Source: a virus | Taxonomy: Duplodnaviria > Caudoviricetes | Length of the DNA: 57,084 nt | IMG/VR virus record: IMGVR_UViG_3300040047_000001 | Location: 1 to 57,084 of that record | Reading direction: 5' to 3' (one strand) | Shown here: piece by piece, positions 46,208 through 54,171 of the stretch | Layout: every line of letters starts with the position of its first letter | How positions within the stretch are numbered: the stretch's first letter is position 1 | Notes under the pieces: model-generated | What the model saw: only the letters and a program-made list of their open reading frames with translations | Database searches by the model: none | Told to the model about the DNA's origin: nothing | Made by a program: the position numbers and the translations under genes

Positions 46208-46743
46208 AAGAAGAGGACGTTCTGTACAATGGGACGTCGGGAGATCCAACGGTCGTCTGGTACGACCCAGGTGGCACCTCCGGGTGGGCGGTTATCTCCG
46301 TCCACCCGGATGCTCTTGTGGACCCCGCAGTTCGCGTCCTAGACAACATCGAGCATCTCGCCTTTGGCGAGTTCACCGGCTCCGAGTTCGACCATGTGGA
46401 TGCGATGCTCGATCTTGCCGACTCATGGCCTGGAGCGGCAGTCGGCACGGAACACTTTATCCTGCAACACTTTCGGCAAGATGAGGAGCTGCTATCGCTT
46501 GTCCGCCTGAATGCTGCGTTCCGGTATGAGATGGTGCGTCATGGGAGGGCACGCAGAGTCCATCGGCAGAACGCTCAGTTGGCTATGACGACGGTGACGG
46601 ATTTCCGGCTGAAGGCTTGGGGCTTCTGGGATCGAACGGCCGGACTCCCGCATGCGAGGGATGCGCTGCGACACAACATCACGTTCCTGAAGCGCCTGAA
46701 GACTCAGCCCAAACTCCGTGCCGAAGTCTTCCCGAACCTTTGA
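46204..46743 (+). CDS. RuvC-like Holliday junction resolvase
   Basis: YDPGGTSGW, TEHF, HARDALRH. Confidence 0.8.
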   Translation: MKEEDVLYNGTSGDPTVVWYDPGGTSGWAVISVHPDALVDPAVRVLDNIEHLAFGEFTGSEFDHVDAMLDLADSWPGAAVGTEHFILQHFRQDEELLSLVRLNAAFRYEMVRHGRARRVHRQNAQLAMTTVTDFRLKAWGFWDRTAGLPHARDALRHNITFLKRLKTQPKLRAEVFPNL

Positions 46744-46753
46744 GCGGGGATAG

Positions 46754-49210
46754 ATGACAACTCCATACCAGGCGTCTGCAATCGGGTACCTCGAAGCTGG
46801 TTGGTCCCCGATCCCATTGCCCTACAAGCAGAAGTTTCCGGTACCGGATGGTACCACCGGCGAGGCCGGTCGGTATATGGACCGGGAGACTGTGGCTGCC
46901 TGGATCCGGCCGAAGGCACGCGCCAACGCAGGCAAGCTCAACTACCCGCCCGGAAACGTCGCAGTCCGATTGCCCCGCACCATTCTCGGCATCGATGTGG
47001 ATGCGTACGGCGAGAAGAAGGGTGATGAGACGCTCGCACGGGCGGAGATGGAGTGGGGTGCACTGCCGCCTACCTGGGTGACGACGTCGAAGACGGACGG
47101 CATATCGGGGATCCGGCTGTTTGCGATTCCCGAGGGCCTGTCGTGGCCGGGTGAGCTTCCGCAGGGTAAGGGCGTCGAGTTGATCCGCTGGGATCATCGA
47201 TTCGCCATCGTAGCGCCATCCATCCATGATAAGACCGGAGATGTCTACGGGTGGCGGAAGGAGGTGGAGGTAGACGGCGAGGTTCAGATGGTGGACTCGC
47301 CGGAGGAGTTCCCCGGGCCGGAGGAAATTGTTGCGCTGCCTGCTGAGTGGGTCGAAGGACTCACCTCCGGTATCAAGTGGCGCGAGCGGGCGGTGTCCGA
47401 AGACCTGACGCCGGACGACATCCAGGAGTGGCTAGAGTGCCGGCCAGATCCCCGGAAGATCTGCACCTCGATGCGGGCGACGGTTACGAAGTACACCCGC
47501 GAGATCCGGCAGGCATCCGACGACGGTGGCGCGCACGACGAAGGCCGGAACGCTGTGTGGGCCGTGCTCGGGGACGCGAAGGCGGGGCATACCGGCGTCA
47601 TTAAGGCCCTAACCGAGTTGCGCAACGTCTTTCTCGCGGCGGTAGCTGACAGGCGCCCAGATGTGGGTACGGCACGCAAGGAGTGGGCGCGAGCCGTTGC
47701 CCGGGGCATTAAGAAGGTCGACGCTGACGAAAACCCGGATGTTGATGATGACCCGTGTGTCTCGATCCGCTCGCTCCGCCCAAAGCGCGAGGCAGGTGGC
47801 GGCCGACTGACCTCGGCTGACATTAACTGGCGGTTCGACGACATCGGCAACGCTGACCGGCTGATCCGGGTAGCGGATAGCCGGGCGCGCTGGGTGCCGG
47901 GGTATCGCTCGTGGTACGTGTGGGACGGGCTGAGCTGGTTGCAGGATACCGATGGGCAGCTCGCGCGTTGGGCCGTCAAGGCAGTCAACCAGATGGAGGA
48001 GGAGCTGGCGTTTCTCGAAGGCGAGGGCAACGAGGGGGTGGTGAAAGCCTTCAAGGCGCACAAGAAGGCATCCGGCTCCGAGGGGAAGCTGGGGGCTATG
48101 GTGAATGTAGCCCGTGCGCGACGGGGCATCACCAAGTCGGCTGGCGATTTCGATGCCCGCCCGCAACTGCTGGCTTGCACGAACGGGACGCTGGAGCTGA
48201 CCGACGAAGGGGCGAAGCTCCGGCCCGTGTCGGCCGACGACTACCTCACCCTCAACACCGGGATCCCGTACCGGCCGGACGCGAAGCACAAGCTGTGGGA
48301 CGACTACCTATTGCGGTTCCTGCCCGATGAGGCTGTGCGTACATGGTTGCAGATGCTCGTGGGCTACTCGCTCCTGGGTGATAACTCTGAGCAGCTGCTC
48401 GTGGTCGGGCTCGGGAAGACCTCGACAGGGAAGACCACCATCACAGAAGGCATCCTGGCGGCGCTCGGCGGGTATGCGGGGCCTATGGAAGCCTCGTTGC
48501 TCCGCGCGTCGTCCGACGATAAGGCCCGACCCGACATCCTGAAGGCGCTCCCGCGTCGCATCATCATCGCTGAGGAGTTGTCCGAGTTCCAGCACCTTCA
48601 CGTCGATCAGGTCAAGCGCATCACCGGAGCGGGCACGCTGTCGGCCCGGGGTATGGCGAGTAATGTGTTCACCGAGCGGCAGCCTGCCTTTACCCCGTGG
48701 ATCATGACCAACGAGACGCCAACGATTGAGGGGGCGGACGCTGCGCTGAAGAATCGGGTCCTGGTGGTGCCGTTCGACGTCTATGTGCCGCGTAACAACA
48801 ACGCGGGCAAGATCCGGAAAAGAATCGTCGCGGAAGCGCGCGAGGCGATCCTGGCCTGGGCGGTGGACGGCTGGAACCGGTACGCCGAGGACAAGGTTGA
48901 CCTTCGCGCGGTACCGGCTGGAGCGCTCGCTGCGTCGTTGCAGTTCAGCGCTGAGATGTCGGACTTTCACCGGTTCATTGCTGATTGCTGCGATATCGGC
49001 GAGGGCTATTCCGCTCCGCCGTCCGCGCTCTACGCGGAGTATGAGAACTGGTGCGACGAGAACGGAATCAAGGAAAAGAACCAGCTTTCCAAGATCCTGT
49101 TTGGGAAGCGACTGAACGCGCTCGGGACGACAGTCGACAAAGAATGGACCGGTGAGCGGCAGGTTCGGATGCGTCGCGGAGTTGCAATTATTGGTAGACC
49201 TATTGGGTAG
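46754..49210 (+). CDS. Bifunctional primase-polymerase fused to D5/P4-type SF3 helicase
   Basis: GWSPIPL, GIDVD, DIGNADRL, NGTLEL, Walker A GKTSTGKTT, MTNETP. Confidence 0.92.
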   Translation: MTTPYQASAIGYLEAGWSPIPLPYKQKFPVPDGTTGEAGRYMDRETVAAWIRPKARANAGKLNYPPGNVAVRLPRTILGIDVDAYGEKKGDETLARAEMEWGALPPTWVTTSKTDGISGIRLFAIPEGLSWPGELPQGKGVELIRWDHRFAIVAPSIHDKTGDVYGWRKEVEVDGEVQMVDSPEEFPGPEEIVALPAEWVEGLTSGIKWRERAVSEDLTPDDIQEWLECRPDPRKICTSMRATVTKYTREIRQASDDGGAHDEGRNAVWAVLGDAKAGHTGVIKALTELRNVFLAAVADRRPDVGTARKEWARAVARGIKKVDADENPDVDDDPCVSIRSLRPKREAGGGRLTSADINWRFDDIGNADRLIRVADSRARWVPGYRSWYVWDGLSWLQDTDGQLARWAVKAVNQMEEELAFLEGEGNEGVVKAFKAHKKASGSEGKLGAMVNVARARRGITKSAGDFDARPQLLACTNGTLELTDEGAKLRPVSADDYLTLNTGIPYRPDAKHKLWDDYLLRFLPDEAVRTWLQMLVGYSLLGDNSEQLLVVGLGKTSTGKTTITEGILAALGGYAGPMEASLLRASSDDKARPDILKALPRRIIIAEELSEFQHLHVDQVKRITGAGTLSARGMASNVFTERQPAFTPWIMTNETPTIEGADAALKNRVLVVPFDVYVPRNNNAGKIRKRIVAEAREAILAWAVDGWNRYAEDKVDLRAVPAGALAASLQFSAEMSDFHRFIADCCDIGEGYSAPPSALYAEYENWCDENGIKEKNQLSKILFGKRLNALGTTVDKEWTGERQVRMRRGVAIIGRPIG

Positions 49211-49559
49211 TCCGAATACGTCTAAAATGCGTCTAGATCTTCGTTGCTGCAATTTTCTGAACTGCTGTTGTAGGCGCCATTTGGGGGTGTCTAGGCGCCA
49301 TACAGACGCTTTCATTTTCAAATACGTCTGCTGCATTTTCCCTGGTAGAAGTAGAAGTTAATCTTATAGTAGACGTATATCTCTATTTTATTAAACATCT
49401 CTACGTTACGAGAATACGCCGTAAAATTCGGACGTTTCGCCTCTCGCGTTCGTAGGACGCGAGTGAGAGAAGAAATACGTCTAGAAGATCGACTAGCGAT
49501 GTTGGAGTAGAATTGTTGGTGTTCGAGCAGCAGCAGAGTTTAGTGAATGGAGTGCAGCA
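49211..49559. other. AT-rich non-coding region with iterons; candidate replication origin and/or late promoter
   Basis: Largest gap, sharply lower GC, repeated AATACGTCT, directly after the primase-helicase. Confidence 0.6.
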
Positions 49560-49757
49560 ATGGCGAGCAGCAGCAAGAGCGAATTTGGTGGGGGTCCGGG
49601 TTTGGTGCAGGAGGAGCAGTGGGGGACTGAGGATCACAAGCAGCAGCTGATGGAACTGTATGCGACGAACCCCGATGGTACAGACGGCAGCGAGACGCTC
49701 GACGTCGCCCGTGGGCGGGTCGGCTATCCGGCACAGAGCTACACACCGGGGAAGTAG
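49560..49757 (+). CDS. Hypothetical protein
   Basis: GGAG SD; first ORF after the gap. Confidence 0.55.
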   Translation: MASSSKSEFGGGPGLVQEEQWGTEDHKQQLMELYATNPDGTDGSETLDVARGRVGYPAQSYTPGK

Positions 49758-49761
49758 CGGC

Positions 49762-49974
49762 ATGAACAGGTGCGAGCGGTGTGGTACGGTGATCTGCTTC
49801 CGTGTCTCGTCGGCGGAGACTGCTCTGGCGTGTAGGCCGAAGCGCTGGAGCCTCGCGCGGCGGATCGGTTGGGAGCTACGACAGTTTCGCTTCTCAGGCC
49901 GCGCGCTCTTCGGGGGTATCGCCATCGGTCTCCTTTCGCCTATCATTGGCGGAGTATTCTGGTTCACAAGCTAA
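49762..49974 (+). CDS. Small membrane protein
   Basis: CERC N-terminus; C-terminal TM helix. Confidence 0.5.
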   Translation: MNRCERCGTVICFRVSSAETALACRPKRWSLARRIGWELRQFRFSGRALFGGIAIGLLSPIIGGVFWFTS

Positions 49975-49985
49975 GGAGGCCACTT

Positions 49986-50228
49986 ATGGAGCCCATTGGT
50001 AAGATCGCATACGAGGCGTACCGCGAGCGCTTCGCCGAGGAGCACCCGGCGTATCGCGAGTGGTTCTCCAACCACGAGTGGGACGCTATGGATCAGCCAA
50101 ATCGCGAAGCCTGGCAGCAGGCGGCTGCCGCCGTTCTCCGGCTCAACGACGAACAGCACAAGTCAGCAGCCCCTAGCGTCGGCGAGCGGGCTATGGGTGA
50201 AGGTTCTGTCTTCCGGAGGCGGCTGTGA
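49986..50228 (+). CDS. Hypothetical protein
   Basis: AAGGAGG SD; GKIAYEAY...W..M....REAW..AA motif common in phages. Confidence 0.7.
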   Translation: MEPIGKIAYEAYRERFAEEHPAYREWFSNHEWDAMDQPNREAWQQAAAAVLRLNDEQHKSAAPSVGERAMGEGSVFRRRL

Positions 50229-50413
50229 GCGACTTCTACATGAACAAGAGCGAGTGGAACGACACGGTTCGTGCCGAGAACCTGGCATACGCGAAGGAGA
50301 ACAACCCGGGGCTCGAAGTCGAATCGGAGACCGTTACGTGCCCGGTGCCCGGGATCGAGAACGAAGACGTGCTGCTGTTCCGCGTCACGTTCGAGACGAA
50401 GGAGCCTGCATGA
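50225..50413 (+). CDS. Hypothetical protein
   Basis: GTGA and ATGA coupling. Confidence 0.6.
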   Translation: MSDFYMNKSEWNDTVRAENLAYAKENNPGLEVESETVTCPVPGIENEDVLLFRVTFETKEPA

Positions 50414-50970
50414 CTGTGCTGTCCGACCACTCGCTCGAAGCTGCGATCCGATCGGGCAGAATCCTGACGATCGAGCCGCTCCCCACCAAGATCGAGCCAG
50501 CCTCGATCGACCTCCATCTGTCTAACGTGTTCCTCACGCTTCGAGCGATGGATGAAGGGACGTTCCTGGATCCGCTCGAAACCCCGGATTACGACCGGTG
50601 GGAGATCCCGCTGGATCCGGTTGGCTACTACACGTTGGACCCGGGCACGTTCGCGCTCGGTTCCACGATCGAGCGGATTGGTCTCTCCCGTGAAGTCGCG
50701 GCCCAGGTCGACGGCAAGTCGTCCCTTGGGCGGATGGGATTGCTGATCCACTGTACGGCAGGGTGGATCGATCCAGGGTTCCAGGGCGCGCTGACGCTGG
50801 AGTTCTTCAACGCGACGTCGCGCCCTATCCGCCTTCGACCCGCTATGCCTATCGCACAGCTCGTTGTTCATCGGTTGTCCGGTACGGCGTCGATGCCGTA
50901 TGGTGGTCGCTACGCGCGGTCCGACGAACCGATCGGCTCGAAGGGAGTCAAGCCCCATGCCTCCGCGTAA
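50410..50970 (+). CDS. dcd: dCTP deaminase
   Basis: VLSD, PASIDLHL, GKSSLGRMGL, TAGWIDPGFQGALTLE. Confidence 0.93.
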   Translation: MTVLSDHSLEAAIRSGRILTIEPLPTKIEPASIDLHLSNVFLTLRAMDEGTFLDPLETPDYDRWEIPLDPVGYYTLDPGTFALGSTIERIGLSREVAAQVDGKSSLGRMGLLIHCTAGWIDPGFQGALTLEFFNATSRPIRLRPAMPIAQLVVHRLSGTASMPYGGRYARSDEPIGSKGVKPHASA

Positions 50971-51583
50971 GCGCGCATTGACTGCTGTTCCGGATCCCGT
51001 TCCAGAGACAGGCCCGAACGGAGCCACCGGCTATCGGAAACGCTCCGACAACAACGGCTCGCCGCAGTCGTATGAAGAAGAGGCATGGTACTACCCGAAT
51101 TACGAGAGTGGCGATCTGGAGACGCGAGAGCGGCGGTGGCGCTCGGTACCGCGCGATGAGGCGCGGTGTCGTGCCCTCATCAAGTCGAGAAACAACCCTT
51201 GGTACGGTTCGCAGTGTGCTCGGTTGCACTCGAAGGGCATGAGCATCTGTCTGACGCACGGTGGCTCGCTTCCGTCCGTCCGGAAGGCAGCAGAGCGACG
51301 TCTGGTCCTGGCGTCCGATCCAGCCGCCGAGAAGCTAATCCATATGGCGCTCTTCCAAAGGGACATTGGCGATACCGATCGCCTTCGCGCTCTCGTCCAG
51401 ATCCTGGACCGTGCGGGGGTCGCCGGTAAGAAGACCATCGAGGTTGAAGTCAAGACGTGGCAGAAGGTGCTACAGCGCGTCTACGGCAACATGAACGAAG
51501 ACGGCGATGGGGTCGACCTCGAATTGGAGGAGGGTGTGGACTTCGAAGTCCTTCCAGCGGGCGAAGTGTTCACAGAGGACTGA
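50957..51583 (+). CDS. Probable terminase small subunit
   Basis: RC...C...CLTHGGSLPSVRKAA...ILDRAG; upstream of the large subunit. Confidence 0.7.
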   Translation: MPPRKRALTAVPDPVPETGPNGATGYRKRSDNNGSPQSYEEEAWYYPNYESGDLETRERRWRSVPRDEARCRALIKSRNNPWYGSQCARLHSKGMSICLTHGGSLPSVRKAAERRLVLASDPAAEKLIHMALFQRDIGDTDRLRALVQILDRAGVAGKKTIEVEVKTWQKVLQRVYGNMNEDGDGVDLELEEGVDFEVLPAGEVFTED

Positions 51584-51620
51584 TGGAGCACCAGCTAATC
51601 AAGACCGACAAGGGGATCGA

Positions 51621-51905
51621 ATGCCGGATGCCGTGCTGCCCGATGATGGTGATTCGCCCGCTCGGGCAGAAGTCGATGCCGAGGTGGCAGAGTCGATCCG
51701 CGTGGAGATCACCACTCCGCTCGCTTCGATCGTTCTGGAGGGGTCTGGTGTCACTGCTGATTCGGCTTACTGGCTATGGCGTCGAGTCGCTCGTGAGGCG
51801 ATCGCGCTAGCTCCACAGCCGGACAGTCTGCCGCGTATGGAAGCCAACGCGGCAGGCTTCATCATCGAGCATGCCGACCAGCTACCCGGAGGCTTCGCAA
51901 CATGA
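51621..51905 (+). CDS. Hypothetical protein preceded by the conserved leader
   Basis: CCGACAAGGGGATCGA-ATG; stop overlaps the next ATG. Confidence 0.55.
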   Translation: MPDAVLPDDGDSPARAEVDAEVAESIRVEITTPLASIVLEGSGVTADSAYWLWRRVAREAIALAPQPDSLPRMEANAAGFIIEHADQLPGGFAT

Positions 51906-52072
51906 GCAGGAAGCAGCACGGCGTTCCGAACCATAAGCGCTGCAAGCTATGCGGTCGTACTCGTGGTCTCGTGATCTACTCCAACAGCCCGAAGACGCTC
52001 GGTGTCATGTTCGCGCCTGGCATCGCGCTCTGTCCGCATTGCGACTTCGTGGGGACAGGTATTCGGTCATGA
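51902..52072 (+). CDS. 56-aa zinc-ribbon protein
   Basis: CKLC...CPHC; GGAGG SD; ATGA overlaps at both ends; not in the ORF track. Confidence 0.65.
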   Translation: MSRKQHGVPNHKRCKLCGRTRGLVIYSNSPKTLGVMFAPGIALCPHCDFVGTGIRS

Positions 52073-53667
52073 CTCTGACGGCCGTCACCGAGCTGGAGTT
52101 GGAGCGCGAGTGGCGAGACGCGCTTGGCTGGCGGCCGCATGCGATCCAACGCGAGATCCTGGAAGACCGGACGCGCTTCCAGGTACTGGCCGCCGGACGG
52201 CGCTTCGGGAAGTCGCAGACGGGCGGGCACAAGCTGCTCCCGAAAGCGTTCTCTGCCTATGCCGAGAAGCCGACACTGGACGCGAACGGACAGCAGCGCC
52301 GGTACTGGATCGTCGGCCCGGAGTACTCCGATGCTGAGAAGGAGTTCCGGGTACTGTACAACGGCCTGAAGCGTCTGGACGTTCCGTTCGATCGCCCAGG
52401 GACCTACAACAACCCCAACAATGGCGATATGCACATCTCGCTGTGGGATGGCGCGTTCATGGTGGATGCGCTTTCCGCGAAGTACCCGGAGACGCTGGTT
52501 GGTGAAGGACTCTCGGGTGTGGTGCTTTCTGAGGCTGCCAAGCTCAAGGAGTCGGCGTGGACGAAGTACATTCGCCCGACGCTCGCCGACTTCAAGGGGT
52601 GGATGTATGCGGGCTCCACACCCGAAGGCCGGAACTGGTTCTACCGGGCTTGGGAGGCGGGGCAGGATCCACTTCGCCGGGAGTGGAAGAGCTGGCGCGC
52701 TCCCGCGTGGGCCAACCCGTACGTGTACCGCGAGATGGGTGTAGCCGGTGCGGAAGCCGACGCAGCAGTCCGACTGCTCCAGACACTCGTCCGGAAGCGG
52801 ATGCTGCCAGAGCGGTTGCCGATCGACTCCGGCGCTCGCTGGCTCATTACCGATGAGCAATGGGCCAAAGCGACCGACAAGACCTGGGAGAAGGTCGGCA
52901 GGGCGCTCGGACTGGACCCCGAGATCGTGGCGCTCGCGCTCGATCTGTCGGAAGAAGTCTTCAACCAAGAAGAGGCAGCCCTCTTCAATGAGTTCGTGGG
53001 TCGCGTCTTCAAGGAGTTCGATGAAGAGATCCATGTAGCCGACCTGAAGTACGATCCAGCTTGGAAGACGTACGCCGCGCTGGACTATGGATTCACCAAC
53101 CCATTCGTCTGGCTGCTGATCCAGGTCGATCCGTTCAACACCAACATCCGGATCCTGGATGAGTACTATGAGCGGGGGCGGACGACTCGCGAGGCAGCAG
53201 CCGAGATTCAGAGTCGCGGACTCGCACCAACCAGCATCTTGGAGTTCTACCCGGATCCCGCTGAGCCAGACCGCTCCCGCGAGCTGTCGGGCCTGCTTCA
53301 GCTTCGGCCTGCCGGCGGAACGGGCGGATTGATCGCGGATCGGCTAGAGTGGATCCGGCGAAAGCTGAAGCCCGACCCCAAGATAGCACACCTCAACACG
53401 AGTCATGAGGAATGGGTCCCACAGCTACAGATCAACAGACGTTGCAAGGAGACCATTCGTGAGTTCAACGTCTACCGCTACCCGAAGACGGCGGAAGAGG
53501 CAGCAGCCCGGAACCAGGAAGCGCCAGAAGCTCCGCTCAAGAAGGACGACCACACTCCGGAAGCGCTCGGGCGATTCATGATCGGACACTTTGGCTCGCC
53601 GTGGGTGGATCTGTCTCCGCCGCGCCAGAGCCGGGCACGGGTCGGTCGGCGAGGGGCTGCAAGGTAG
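52069..53667 (+). CDS. terL: Terminase large subunit
   Basis: PHAIQ, AGRRFGKS, VVLSEAA, STPEG, LDYG, KDDHTPEAL. Confidence 0.95.
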   Translation: MTLTAVTELELEREWRDALGWRPHAIQREILEDRTRFQVLAAGRRFGKSQTGGHKLLPKAFSAYAEKPTLDANGQQRRYWIVGPEYSDAEKEFRVLYNGLKRLDVPFDRPGTYNNPNNGDMHISLWDGAFMVDALSAKYPETLVGEGLSGVVLSEAAKLKESAWTKYIRPTLADFKGWMYAGSTPEGRNWFYRAWEAGQDPLRREWKSWRAPAWANPYVYREMGVAGAEADAAVRLLQTLVRKRMLPERLPIDSGARWLITDEQWAKATDKTWEKVGRALGLDPEIVALALDLSEEVFNQEEAALFNEFVGRVFKEFDEEIHVADLKYDPAWKTYAALDYGFTNPFVWLLIQVDPFNTNIRILDEYYERGRTTREAAAEIQSRGLAPTSILEFYPDPAEPDRSRELSGLLQLRPAGGTGGLIADRLEWIRRKLKPDPKIAHLNTSHEEWVPQLQINRRCKETIREFNVYRYPKTAEEAAARNQEAPEAPLKKDDHTPEALGRFMIGHFGSPWVDLSPPRQSRARVGRRGAAR

Positions 53668-53708
53668 GCTTACCCCTGCGATCGCGAACCATCTTCGAAG
53701 GAGCCTCT

Positions 53709-54059
53709 ATGTCCGTTCAGGCAACAACCGTTCTGGCGAGCTCTGCCCGGACGACTTCGGGTAACTCCACCACCGTGACTGTGCCCGACTGGTCGCCAGC
53801 CGATCCGCGCTCGGTTTCCGTCTACCAGAACGTCACCGCCCAGTCCGGCACCACGCCGACACTCGACATGCAGGTGCAGTGGTCGCCGGACGGCACCACG
53901 TGGTACTCCGCGTCCGATACCTTCACACAGGTGGCTGCCGCGACGGGCACGGCCGTCAAGCAGTTCGCCGTCAAGGCGCCGTACTGGCGGCTGAGCTACA
54001 CGATCGCCGGTACCACCCCCAGCTACACCTTCGACGTCAAGGCCGTGTACCAGGCTTAG
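53709..54059 (+). CDS. Small beta-rich protein, probably virion-associated
   Basis: AAGGAG SD; QWSPDGTTWY...APYWRLSY; between terL and portal. Confidence 0.7.
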   Translation: MSVQATTVLASSARTTSGNSTTVTVPDWSPADPRSVSVYQNVTAQSGTTPTLDMQVQWSPDGTTWYSASDTFTQVAAATGTAVKQFAVKAPYWRLSYTIAGTTPSYTFDVKAVYQA

Positions 54060-54070
54060 ACTCCAAAGAC

Positions 54071-54146
54071 GACTCCCTCGCCCACGGTTGACCACCGCAC
54101 TTCATCCCCTTGTCGGCGGGCAGGTCCTGGGGCGAGGGAGTCTTTT
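54071..54146 (+). ncRNA. Candidate antisense hairpin RNA 2 / terminator with anti-leader loop
   Basis: 13-bp outer stem GACTCCCTCGCCC / GGGCGAGGGAGTC plus TTTT; inner GACC/GGTC and CCGC/GCGG; apical loop ACTTCATCCCCTTGTCG. Confidence 0.55.
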
Positions 54147-54171
54147 GCGCTAGCGACTACCGGGAGAGGCT

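Noticed and set aside
53670-54095. Minus-strand 141-aa ORF that has GACAAGGGGA 9 nt upstream of its GTG
   Set aside because: Fully antisense to a well-supported + strand gene and shadow-like in composition; the equivalent site at 30287 leads to an immediate stop. Kept only as an alternative explanation for hairpin 2
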